From: Chrysomallon squamiferum
Taxonomy: Eukaryota > Animalia > Mollusca
Reading direction: 5' to 3'
NCBI GenBank assembly: GCA_012295275.1
Contig: CM022665.1
Span: forward strand, 19,654,001 to 19,718,000
DNA length: 64,000 nucleotides
Positions 14,400 through 26,448 of this stretch are shown in pieces. The notes below the pieces were generated by a model. It was not told the DNA's origin, made no database searches, and saw only the letters and a program-made list of their open reading frames with translations. Position numbers and translations under genes: made by a program. The first letter of the stretch is position 1; the number at the start of each line of letters is the position of its first letter.

Positions 14400-14771
14400 G
14401 GAAAACAACTGTGTGTACTAATTAGCGTACAGACTCCACTGCTACGAGATTTAATCAACTCGTTTAGACACCGTGTGTTGTGATATCTTGAGCAATAAAG
14501 TCATTTCTGTTCGGCCTGGAATATGCTTTTAATTAGGTCTAAGTTATTTCCAGCTATGTGTAGCAGTATTTTCTTATTCATGCCAATTTTTCATTCATCA
14601 CAGACGCGTATTTCTGCATAAGATGCTCTTCTCTTCTTCCACTCCAGCTTTCTGTTATTCTCTGTGAAGTTACTTGTCATCTCTCGCTTCATGTGTTTCA
14701 TTATTTCACTCCACAAGAACTTAATACATTGTACATAAATACTTTTCAAAATTTCCTTCTACCCAATACTT

Positions 14772-14845
<74 letters not shown>

Positions 14846-15070
14846 ATAGACACACACACATACATACATACATACACACACAAAAATACATCATACATAC
14901 ATATTACGAGTTCACTTATTTCACGTGAAAGCAATTTTTAATTTTGAAGGTAATATTTTACCCAGTTGATAACATTTGTTAATTCTCAGAACTAAATAAC
15001 GTTTTTAATTGATTTTCTTCTTTCGTGAACTCTCCCGCACTGAACTAATTCAGTGGTTGCAGTTTAGCCG
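14400..15070 (-). pseudogene. Putative decayed third GPCR copy: N-terminal remnant, possible C-terminal remnant, and upstream flank
   Basis: Minus-strand ATG at 14692 reads MKREMTSNFTEN versus MKPVASSNLTMN, followed by GTGGAAGAA as in the intact gene. The flank gcttcatg...ttatttc..cacaa matches 18703-18726. ccagttgataac...aattctc...tcgtgaac (14962-15030) matches 19008-19046. cactgaactaattcagtgg (~15048) matches the reverse complement of the motif at ~62837 at 18/19. By-eye alignment only. Confidence 0.5.
14773..14839. repeat. (CT)n microsatellite
   Basis: Direct reading. Confidence 0.95.
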
Positions 15071-15785
15071 GTCTCTTCTTTCGGCGTCCAATATTTCTAT
15101 CGCTAAAGTGGTGACCCTCAAGCTAGTCAAAATTTAACTAACACAGCAGTAACAAAGAAATAGCAACACGTCAACAATTATAAATTATATTTTTTATTGT
15201 TGTTGTTGTTGTTGTGCTTGGTGCGTTTATTGTTGTTGTTATTACACTTTTTAACAGATACAGTTTAAACTATTGTTAAAGTTAGCACATTTATGATGAT
15301 GACCACTTTTTTAGAAAATCACTTAAGGCACAATTTAGTTGATTGTCAGTTTATGTAATATATTGATTTTTCTGATTCCTTAAGTACTATATTTCCGTTA
15401 TTGGAAGAATGTATTGATATTTTAAGCTAAATAATTAAATAGTTTCAAAAAAAAAAAAATAATAATAAAAAAAAAAAAAAAAAAAATAATAATAATAAAA
15501 AAAAAAAAAAAAAAAAAGAAGCATCGTCCAAGCATTCTAAATACAACTTAGTTTCTTTTTAAGTATGAATTATGTCCGTATCAAAACATGATAATAATAT
15601 GACAGAAAATGTTTTTCTTTTGATTATTTAAACTTAATTATTACTAGTCTTTCTTTGAAATAAACACTAGTCATAATTTTTGTTCAGTGCAAGACTTACT
15701 GATGTTTTTTCATCTTTTTTTTGAAAAAAAAACAACAAACAACAACATAAAAACAAACAAACAAACAAACAAACAAACAAACAAA

Positions 15786-15817
<32 letters not shown>

Positions 15818-16643
15818 AAAACACAATATATTCTTTTACTTGTTAGGAACATTTCTGAAGAAGACTTGTTTAGTTCAATGTTTTGCTAGTAATATTATTT
15901 CCACGTATTACAGTGTGATGTTTGTATTCTATAGAAAAAAAAAAAAAAAAAAAAAAAAGAAGAAGAAGCAGAAGAAGAAGAAGAAGAAGAAGAAGAAAGC
16001 TGAAACCGTGGAATGGAGCCTCCTAAAACAGAGTAATTTGTTTGCATTCACCGAGTAAGTAACTGACTGTTATTGTAACAAGAGAATTATTTTTATTACC
16101 ACCATTACAAGAAACATGCAGTCCTCCTGTGTTAGACGTCTCTTGAAAATCACTAAAGAAGAAATATTGATTCAAACAACACAGTACATGTTTTCTTCAC
16201 CGTGATCCTACAGCAGCACGGCCAGCTGACTTTTCTCACTGACATTTAACATGGTGTAAGATAAAGTAAACAAAATAAATGTTTTCTAAACTTTATTTTT
16301 GTCTCAGCAAAAAAATGTTGAGGATTAATAAACATTTTTAATTTTTTTTTCTTAGATGCAACACAACGAAATCAAATGATTTAAAAATACAAAATTTATG
16401 TATCTTTACCTTTTTTTTCAGTTATTGAATCATGTATTTTCATGTGTCTGACATCTAGCACATGTAGATAGATACATTTATAAGATACGTCGTTAAAACA
16501 AAGAATCTAAAAGCATACCAGATAACATTATTTAAACGTAGTCTGTCTTCAGCGAACAAGTATTGCCGGTTATAATTTTTGGCCCTTTATTTTTCAAACA
16601 GTAATGAAAGGATGAATTTAAAAAAAATAATAATAATAATATC

Positions 16644-16684
<41 letters not shown>

Positions 16685-16694
16685 TATAGATTGG

Positions 16695-17170
16695 TATACA
16701 TGTTTGTCTTCATTCAAACGCACAAATTTCAGATTTTACCTTCAGCGGACCATTACTTTTGCAAGCATAGTCTCTTGAACATTGATATTTTTGGTCAAAC
16801 TCAACAACAGTATGCCAGTCTTCATCATGATGGGGAATTCCATAATTAATCCCAGTCTGAAATTTTTTTTTCTATAGGATTATGGGATGCTAATGTCCGG
16901 GCTCGCCAGTAAAGTCATTCTTAGAAGTTTCTTACACGACTGATTCTGACTTCGACAAAAATTGATATACATGTTTGTATTAGTCTCAGACACCTAAATG
17001 TTACTTCACTGAAGCAATACTTTTGGAAATATAACCCTTCGATGTGGGACATTTTTGGTCATAACGGTCACCAGTTTTTAGAAACTAATATCTCAGCAAC
17101 CACCGAGCCAGTCTTCATCGTGTTGGTGTTGCTGGAAAAGAATTTCTTAAGGAATCCAAATCCGCAGTTA
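16695..17170. repeat. Diverged tandem duplication (~270-bp period), probably a transposon remnant
   Basis: tatacatgtttgt at 16695 and 16966. Each is followed in the same order by tacttttg, atttttggtca and gccagtcttcatc. Confidence 0.65.
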
Positions 17171-17591
17171 CTTTATTATGTGAATATCACATATAGATTT
17201 TAACATTTGGTATAATTCTAACTAACGCACACGTGATCCACAGTGTTTTAAAGTCTAACATAAAATCAAAAAGATGTGAACCGATGACATAAATAATTTG
17301 AATAATATTTCTTAATATTCTATGAACGCTGTAATATAAAAGATGACAACAATATTTTACCATCTAATTGTTTTGTATTTCACAATTCAAATGAAAAAAA
17401 ATTGTTCAAAACTGAGAAAATCTAAGTAAATATCTTCAGACCTACCTTTTATTTCAAATATTTACTTTCTTTGAGTAAGTGTGGGTGTGTTAATTTTTTT
17501 GTTTTAAATTTTAATTATTCTAATTTTTTAAAAGCAGACTGTAGTTAAAATGCACATTTTTAGATTCCAAACCAACAACAAAAAATTCTTC

Positions 17592-18710
17592 TTAACACAT
17601 CGACTGCGACACTGAGTGAGCAATCGTGTTCTGTGTGGATGCTCGCCTGACGTCGCTGTTAAAATTTTGCAGCGTCGTCGTCTGATCCAGGCTGGTGTAT
17701 CTGGATGATTTTGGCATGCAACAACACAGGTATCTTTTGAAGAACTTGCGGAACTGACTGCTCAGTAAATAAAGCGCGAATGGGTTGATACAAGAATTAA
17801 TGAACTTGAGACAGAACGCTGCAATTTTGAAGATGTACCAGAAATGGTTGAATTCCGAGTCATCAAAAAAGTACCAGATGTCGTAAATGTACTGCGGCAG
17901 CCAACAAAGGAAGAATATAAAAACAAACGAAAGGACAATTTTTGCAACTTTCTTTCGTGCTGCAATTTGTCTCTGCTGGTTTTGAGCACCTTTCAGTTCG
18001 CACGGCATGCTCCGTCCACTTCTGACAAGGATCACTGCCATCATCAGATAAAAAAAGCCAATAGTTACAAGTGGAACGGCGAAATAGACGAGAAACTTGA
18101 CCACTGTGTGTATTTTGGTATACAATTCACCGTATTTGATAGGGTTCCACAAACAAACGAGCACTTTGGATTCGTTTGGTACTATAGTTTCACTGAAAAT
18201 ACCGTCAGGAATGGCTAAAACTACAGACAAAACCCACGTAACAGTCACTAAAATAACTGGCTTCGCTAAAGTATTGCCAGTGTGTTTGCTCATTGGATCC
18301 ACAATGGCGAAATATCTGTCTATACTCAAAGCAGTTAGAGTGAATATTGAAATACCGAGCGAAAGCATCTGCATGAAAAAGTTGAATTTGCAAACAGCTT
18401 CTCCGTATGGCCACGAAGTGAAAGTGAACTGTGTCGCCGAAAAAGGAACTGAAACTAAAATCAAAAGAAGATCCCCGATTGAAAGACTTACGATGAGTAT
18501 ATTTGGCAAATTTCTCATAACTTTGTTTCTTAAAACTATAAAAATGATGGTGCCGTTTCCAACGATTCCAACAATGAATATCAAACCAAAAAGAATGGGC
18601 ACCACAATGGCCGCTGTATTTTCTTCCACCTGAAACAAAATGCTTAAATTGGGTTTTGTCATCGAATCAGTGACATTCATTGTCAAATTGGAACTTGCAA
18701 CTGGCTTCAT
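17592..18710 (-). CDS. Class A neuropeptide GPCR, bombesin/GRP-NMB / CCHamide / excitatory-peptide (GGNG) receptor-like, uninterrupted CDS, 372 aa (copy 1)
   Basis: Open frame with seven hydrophobic segments and rhodopsin-family motifs: TM1 GN, TM2 SLSIGDLL, ECL1 WPYG..C, TM3 SIFTLTALSIDRY, TM6 CWLP, TM7 NSCINPFALY, and CCC after helix 8. N-terminal sequons NLT, NVT, NLS. FTLTALSxDRY and NSCxNPFALY match the bombesin/CCHamide receptor group. The first ATG is 18710; the ORF-track start at 18743 is a GTG. Confidence 0.93.
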   Translation of the reverse strand: MKPVASSNLTMNVTDSMTKPNLSILFQVEENTAAIVVPILFGLIFIVGIVGNGTIIFIVLRNKVMRNLPNILIVSLSIGDLLLILVSVPFSATQFTFTSWPYGEAVCKFNFFMQMLSLGISIFTLTALSIDRYFAIVDPMSKHTGNTLAKPVILVTVTWVLSVVLAIPDGIFSETIVPNESKVLVCLWNPIKYGELYTKIHTVVKFLVYFAVPLVTIGFFYLMMAVILVRSGRSMPCELKGAQNQQRQIAARKKVAKIVLSFVFIFFLCWLPQYIYDIWYFFDDSEFNHFWYIFKIAAFCLKFINSCINPFALYLLSSQFRKFFKRYLCCCMPKSSRYTSLDQTTTLQNFNSDVRRASTQNTIAHSVSQSMC

Positions 18711-21700
18711 GTTATTTCGAGCACAAAGTTTGGTTTTCTTCACGATATCACCAACTAAGCAGTTGCTGTAGAGGTGATAAAACAGAAATGTCCAGGTGAA
18801 AAGTATTAGTCAGTGTTTTTTAAAATCCTTTAGGTTTTGTTTCCTCTATTCTTTTTTTCTTTCCCTTGTGTTTTAGAAAAAAACAGCTAAATGTCTTGGT
18901 TGAATTCTTCAACTAATTAATAAACTAAATCTCACTTGCAACAGTTTTGTCTCTTGGAAATTCGTTACAAACGGGAGAATGAACTGGCGTCGTTCAGTTT
19001 ATACCTTCCAATTAATAACTTTCTCAATTCTCCGTTAATCGTGAACACCGGTTTGATCTGGCTACAAACTTAAAGAAGTTGAAATGAAATGTCTTCTATC
19101 ACATACGGCTTTCTGATAAGAAAGCTGATAATTTGTAGCTGGCGTGGCTGCCACATATTTAATGTATAACATCCCTTATTGGATAGCCAGCGTTTGCGTA
19201 TGCAAGCAATACGTTACGAGGAGAAACGCCGAGACCTGATAGGCTGGCGCAGCAATGACTAGAAGGTAACAGGTGAAATTTTGAAAACTGATTCAGTGGC
19301 ATCGAGATTGCTTTGTGTAGTACATGATGGGAGGTTATCCATTTCACTCAGACGGCTTGTCACGGCGAAACAAGCAAGCAATTTACACAAAGTAAACTCT
19401 CTCTCTGTCTCTCTCTGAGTCGCTCTCTCTTTCTGATTCAAAACAGAGGCATTATTTATTAGATCACACCAGATATGCCTCAGCACACCGCCGACTTCCT
19501 CAATAAATGTAAAATGACATAAGGATCATCTTCAACTAATACGAGGAACAAGAGAAAATAAATGGAACTTACTGTAAGCTTTGTCATTCTTCGTTCAGAT
19601 TTAGTGCTCAGTTTTTCCCTGTGGGAATTTACAACAGTGTAAAGCAAACATTTTTGTTGTGTTAATGACTGCAGTAGATTCATTTAGGTTATAAGAAATT
19701 ATTAAATTCTGTAAATATATCGATTATCTCAAGCAATAATAAAAGCAAAATTTGTTTTATGAAAGGAAACTATGTCATAAAATGAAATATTTCAGTTAAA
19801 CAGTTTCTTTTCCTCTATCAGTTACTTCTAATTCCAGTTCGACATCAGCACATTTATTATTAAAAATCTATATAATATACTATTACCTTACACAACCGGC
19901 AGATTTATTTATTTTTATATTTGTCGACATTGAATAATTTCCATATAAAAAATTGCAATTCAGACTGAGAACGCAGGAGATCATTTTGCCAATATATGCA
20001 CATATAACCTATTAAACGTGATAAATATAATAAAAGTATTTGTAAATAGAATGACTTTATAGATATATATATACACACACACAAATATTTAACTTGCATT
20101 CAAAATTACACATTCATTTACATTTATTAAATTAATTTGTAGCAATTTTCAGTAGAATACATGGATTTACAGGCGGGTAAACTGCTTTAAGTTTAATACC
20201 TCTACAAAATCCTCTTCATTTAGACTCTTTGTAACTTGGATACAGGCACAGAAAATATCGAGGACTACGGTGGTTTACAAACACATCTTCAGTGACCTGT
20301 TAAAATTGATCAAATTTCCAAAATAAACTTTTATGCTATTTATATGTTAGTAAACTGATGATAATGATAAAAACAGTAACATAATATTTTTTTGGCTCAC
20401 TGTATTATTATATGTTGATTTGGCTTTTTTCTCTTAAATTATATGTTTATACAGGAATGTTTGTGTGTGTGTGTGTGTGTGTCTGTATATATGTATGTCT
20501 GAGTGTCTATGTACATATGTACTTATGGATGTATAATACATGGACACAATAAAGATAATTCTGCAATTTTCTTTATAATGTTTTTCCTTTTTTTCTATTT
20601 GCTTTTTGTTTTTCAAACACAGTATACGCTAGCTTGTATTTATTGTTGTTGAACGTGCTGCTTACTGAAAGCATTTAACACAAATCACAGGCTTAAAGGA
20701 AAACGTAAATGTAAACACAGAGATTCATGAGGTGAAATTTCACTGTCTGAACTTAACTTAGTTTCCACACTTTGATGTTATGTCATTACACGTGTCTATA
20801 TTTAACGTGGCGCCGAAACATAATCGCCTGGTTTTACAATTAGCAACTTTTGGTAAATAACCTGCTATGTGCTATCTCTAATTTTTATCATTACGGCTAT
20901 TAAGGAATCGTAACAATTAATTACTGTTGAATTAGGAAATCTGAGCTGAAGTAAATTAATTATAAAATAATCTACAGAGCTTTAATGATACGTGTTAATA
21001 AGAAAAACAAAAAAAATTAATTAGCCCTTTGTTTTATAATCAGTATTACTAAATATATTTTGATTTTATTTATCTTTGTTGCTCATAATAGAATATCAGG
21101 TTCCAACTGCAGACCTCGTCCGCTTGACGCATATAAAATAACATTTCAAAATTATGACTCCTTTTTAGATAGACAATAACAAATTCGTAATCTTCTCCAC
21201 AATAAAATAATAATAATAATAATAATCATGATGATGATGATGATAATGTTTATGATAACGATGATAAAGAAATAGATAAATAAACACTGGAATTTAGAGA
21301 TACTAATAATATAAAAGGAAACGTGAACAGGCTTTTGTTTGTTTCAAGAGCTGTAAATGTAAAGATTCAAGTGTCTACTGCGCTTCATGCTGAGTTAATT
21401 AGAATGAAACAAAACAGTTCGGTGTATTCCAGACTATCCACATTAGTCGTTCTCACATCTCACATTTAACACGTTTAGTTTAGCCTCTGTTGTCTGTCAT
21501 ATAATTATTACAGATCATGGATTATTTAAAAAAAAAAAAAAAAAAAAAAAAAGTTTTTAATTGTAGAAGAGTTTTAAAAATATCACGTTATTTTAATATT
21601 TAATTTGTATATTATTATGAAGAAAAATGAACAAACGAATAAATAACTCGTTTAACTCAGGGTAATATAATACAGTTTACTTTCCCTGTAATTTTCCCTC

Positions 21701-22983
21701 GTTGCAAGTAATTTTCACATACTCAGTGTTTAAAAAATCATAGCAGAGAAACAAAACAAAAAAAAAAAAAGAAGAAGAAAAAAAAAAAAAAAAGAAGAAG
21801 AAGAAAAAGAAAAACAAATAGTTACCATATTTCAAGCAACCGACTTTCTCGACAGCAATATAACCCATGAGTTACTACGAAATGGGCACTGCTCCAACAT
21901 ACTTACCAATCCGAGCTGCACGATGTAATTCTACATATAACAAGTGCATTCACTGTGACTGAATGTACTCAGGTATTTAATAATACTTCAATAAAAACGA
22001 CTTTTTTCGGGTAGAACAGAGAAAAACAATATGTATTCGTAAATATTATAATGTAAGAGTTAACGTGACCCTCCAACCTGGACAGTTAATGAACTGATAT
22101 AAATTATTTAGGGCAGATGTATAACAATACACTTTGCGTAATTTTTGGATATGGAAAGCAGCAGCAGCTCATTAGGCATTAATAGAATACAGAACAAATT
22201 ATGCGAAGATAAAAACAAGATACGTATTTCTAGTAAGTGTTTCGCTAAGGGTAACGTTATGAGAAGTAGGACAGGCAAGTTTGCAGTTGTTCATCATCTT
22301 CTTTAAATTAGCTGTACGAGACGTACATTACTCTCGTAATTACGTCTGTACACAGAGGTAGGAAAAGAATTGAGTATCCACTCGTACGTTTAGCTGCAGT
22401 GTTTTACACAAGTACGGGTCACTGTAGATAGCTAATTAATTCACACGTTCTTTTTAAATTTTATATTTTAGATAAATATCTTGTTTAGCTGGATCAGCGA
22501 TTTTATTCTGGAGACCAGTAACTGCGGTCTTACTGCCATTTTTATTCTAAATTAACCAACGTTGAAAATGGATCATTCCGTATTTTTATTCGTAGATATA
22601 ACAATAATAAATATTATTTTATCAGACTCGCGCGCGACGCAGAGACGGAGAGAGAGAGTCTATGTACATCGATTTATTTATTTTAATCGTTTTTTTTTTT
22701 TTTTTTTTTTTTATTCATTTAGCATCGTTGTTATCACTATCATCATTACTGTTGTTAATTATTTGTTCTATAGTGAATATTTCTGTTATTTTTTTTTAAA
22801 TATAATTTATTATTATTATTATAATTTTTTAATAATTTCATTTAATTTTCTTTTTCAGTCTCTAGTCTTTATAGATTCACTGTACGTATTTTATTTTATT
22901 TTATAATGTCTATAATTATATGACTGAATGAAATGGTAAAATTAAGCAATAATAAATAAATAGCATACATAAATATAATAATT

Positions 22984-23187
22984 GCAGTTATAAAGTTAAC
23001 TGGAAAAAAGAATCGATTATTTTATTGCTTGACAAAGAGAAAGTTTGTATAAGGCTAGACTCCTTCTTGATTGGTTGACCTCATCTTATATTCTGAGAAT
23101 TAAATCAACTGAAGACATCAAATAAAGATTGATTCCTTCCTTGGGCGCTTGGGTCCATTCTTCGTAATGATTAAAAGAGGAGAAAAA
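22984..23187. promoter_or_regulatory. 204-bp non-coding block, perfectly identical (inverted) to 60716-60919; candidate GPCR upstream regulatory element
   Basis: Base-by-base comparison found no mismatch. It contains AGGTCA next to CCAAT when read in GPCR sense. The regulatory role is inferred. Confidence 0.55.
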
Positions 23188-23889
23188 GGTATGCCAGCAA
23201 ACTTAAAGATTTGTAAAAGACATTGAAATTTTCGTCTTTTGAATTGGAATTGTCGCTAAAAAATGTATCTGTTAATTTCATCCGCAGTCTGACTTTGAGT
23301 ACGGACTGTGTAACTACACAAAAGAAGAATAAAAAAGTTAAAGAATGAACATAGTTGAATATATATATATTTTTTGATATATTTTATATAATAATAATAA
23401 TAGTAAGAAGAAGAAGAAAAAGAAGAAGAAGAAGAAAAGAAGAAGAAGAATAGAAAAAGAATTCTTAATTAGACTAATTTAAACCTTCATTTTGTTTGCA
23501 ACTTCCCAGTTATGATACTATTTGAAAATATGTCTACTGCCTGTCTTTATTTTGGCAGATTACTGATTAAAGCTGTTGTCAGGTTTATCCTAGATATCTG
23601 TATTACGTTAGTCGTGTTACATGAATGGTTAGAAGAAGAAGAAAAAAAATATGTTGTATATCTGGAAATTAATTGCTACCGTACTGCAGCTGGGTTACTG
23701 TCTGTGGTCTTTTCCGTGTTTTATTTCATTATTCTGTGATGCATCACGCATGTATATAATATTTTACCAATTTATGTTCCCCATAACTTGAAAAATATAA
23801 AGCACAGGAATTTATTATTCACATCAATAATTTTGACATGTGAGATAATCCAATCTTTCAGTTTTAATCTAAGTCTGCGATGGCGTTGT

Positions 23890-23921
<32 letters not shown>

Positions 23922-25023
23922 CAACAACAATATGAAACAAATGTGACAATCTGTCGTGGAACAAACCTGCAGAAGAAGATGAAAGTGGTGATCCAGACCT
24001 TGTTGCTGTTGCAAGCCTCAGTCACTGTTAACTGTTAATATATTAACATATGTGCGTGTGTATGTGTATGTGTGCGTGTGCAAATATATCAATATAGAGC
24101 ACAAGTTTACAACCCCACAAACCAACAAAAAATAAAATAAAAAATAAAATAATAATAATAAAAAAAAGAAAAAAAAGAAAAGAAATAGTATTGATTTATT
24201 TTTAAATATTTCCTAGTTACTTTGTGTTAGGGCAGATATTTAACGGTGGTGAACATAAACTACTGTGTATCTGTACTGATTCGATCATTTGATGCTAACT
24301 GTTGATCATACCAAAAAAAGTAATAATGTTTTTCCTATGAATGGCTTTAAGGGTAACAGACACAATAGACTACGTTTTGCACATTTAATATAATTATACA
24401 ACCCAGCAGTCAAATAAACTTTCGATCAAACTCATATAATGAAGTACATCCAATATTATATTTATTTATTTATTTTATTTTATTTTATAAGCACTGGGTT
24501 ATTGCATTTATTACATTTATTCAGAAATTGTACTTTTGTACTTAGGAACACAGTCTCGCACCCACGCATGCATGGACGTAGCTACGATGTACGTATGTAT
24601 CTTATGAAGCACGAATGACGTTTTAGTAATGTGGTGATCAACGTGTTGAAAGAAACAAGAGCTAGAGATAAGAACTTACGCTACATAGTACACGTTAAAG
24701 GGACCATTGCTACAGTAGTAGTTAAAGTATCGTTTCTTTGGCTGGGAAAATCGTTCTCGAACGAGTTTTATATTTACTATCAACACTGTGCTTTCAGTTC
24801 TACTATTTTATAAATTTTATAAACTTGCTATGTCAATTCTGACCAAAAAAAAAAAAAAAAAGAACTTTTGAACAGGAATATGATGGTTCACGGGCGGGCC
24901 AAATGTTTACAAGCAATTGCATAAATGAAAAGGTGAATTGTTTGCTCTTCGACTCAAACTGATCTAAAATAGCTTTTATTTGACATTAATTTGTTGAAAA
25001 TCATTATACATTTTCTGCATAAT

Positions 25024-25230
25024 TGACTGTTTTGATAAAGTGATCAATAACAGAAAACAACTTGACTCTACTAAAGATATCAGCTCGTCGTATGGACGGA
25101 CACGCAGTTCTTTATCCGTAATAGTTTCACGTACTGGTCAATTCGTTTACTGGGCACGTGCTCATCAATGCATTGCTTGTAATGCATAAAAAGTGTCTAT
25201 GGAGATCGCCCAGTTTGCATTTTTAGTGCT
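25024..25230. promoter_or_regulatory. 207-bp non-coding block, perfectly identical (inverted) to 58615-58821; candidate GPCR upstream regulatory element
   Basis: Base-by-base comparison found no mismatch. It contains CACGTG, TACGTG and a small ATGCATT-n6-AATGCAT palindrome. The regulatory role is inferred. Confidence 0.55.
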
Positions 25231-25637
25231 GACTATTTCCCCAGGGAATAAACAAAGTTTGGTAAAGAAAATGACGTTCTTAAATGGTTATATTGATGTT
25301 CCCGTTTATAATGCAAGCGATAGTGATACATTTGCAGAATATAGATCATACCACATTGTTACATTAGTAAAGTTTCTAAATATTTGCTCAGTGTAAAATA
25401 CACAAAACCCCAAATTATCTTATTCTTTTTATGTTGTTGATCTACTGAAGGCATAAAAAACCAAAAAATGATATGATCTATTTCACAGGAAAAATGTATT
25501 GATCATGTTTCAGTCTTTCTTTTCCTTTAAAAATATTTTGATTTATAATTTTGATTTATTATTTCTTTCTTTCTTTATCTATTATTATTATTATTACTAT
25601 CCTTTAATATAGAATTATTGAAAAAAACAAACAAAAA

Positions 25638-25680
<43 letters not shown>

Positions 25681-25686
25681 GGAATA

Positions 25687-26448
25687 CAGTGGTACCTTGA
25701 CTTACGAGTTTAATTCGTTCCGTCTCCGAGCTCGTACCTCAATTTGCTCGTATATCAAATCAGTTTTCCCAACTGGAATTAATTAAAATACCATTAACCC
25801 GTTTTTTTTGTGTTTTTTATAACGTGTTTTTAATATAAGAAAAATGTATTTATAAATGACAAATATTGTAAAAAATAAAAAATAAAAAAAAAAAAAAAAA
25901 AAAAAATAACAAGAATGTAAAGAAATAAATTGGTTTTGTAAAGTGTATTTATCTTGGAGATCAGACAAATTATTTTAACGCCTTTGACTAGAGTTACAGC
26001 CCAGTGCTTCAGTATGGTGCATATCATAGAAGTACTACGCTCGTACTGCCTAGCCTAATCGACTACGTGGACACCTCGCTCATGTTTAATTTTTTATGAA
26101 TTCAAGCTTTAATTCAATGGACATCATCCGCTTCTTCTTCTGAGCACTGTCCTTTGCACTAACTTTCTTAGGATCCATGGCCAGAAAAAGGAAATTTGGC
26201 AAAATACTGCACAAAAAGCGACCACATCACAACAGATATGTTTCCGCGGTGAGGTAACTACGTGAAGTAAACGAACGAGGCGCGGGATGCTGGCCGGATA
26301 TTATGTTGTTCGTTGCGCCAACTAGCGGCGGTGTGTCTGAAGCTCGCTCGTAACTCGGATTTTGGCTCGCAACTCAAAGCTAAAAATCGACCGGGCGATT
26401 GCTCATAATTGAAACACTCATAAGCTGGGGCACTCGTAAGTACCACTG
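25687..26448 (-). mobile_element. Non-autonomous Tigger/pogo-like (Tc1-mariner) DNA transposon
   Basis: Termini TA|CAGTGGTAC...GTACCACTG|TA with TA target-site duplication. Internal minus-strand remnant ATGGATCCTAAGAAAGTTAGTGCAAAGGACAGTGCTCAGAAGAAGAAGCGGATG... encodes a CENP-B-type N-terminal HTH. Confidence 0.85.

Larger units (their letters stand above)
18101..25400. repeat. Left arm of a large inverted duplication (partner ~58440-64000)
   Basis: Colinear reverse-complement matches: 18101-19118/62990-64000, 19500-19625/62660-62780, 22940-23290/60600-60970, 24600-24840/58940-59160, 25024-25400/58440-58821. Confidence 0.92.

Noticed and set aside
18097-18633. 178-aa plus-strand ORF and its twin at 63468-63995, plus other ORFs overlapping the GPCR, SLC16 and GH3 exons
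   Set aside because: Antisense or alternate-frame shadows of real coding sequence; no independent motifs.
18711-18743. N-terminal extension MKKTKLCARNN in the ORF track
   Set aside because: It starts at GTG; eukaryotic initiation is expected at ATG 18710. This stretch also differs between the two copies.
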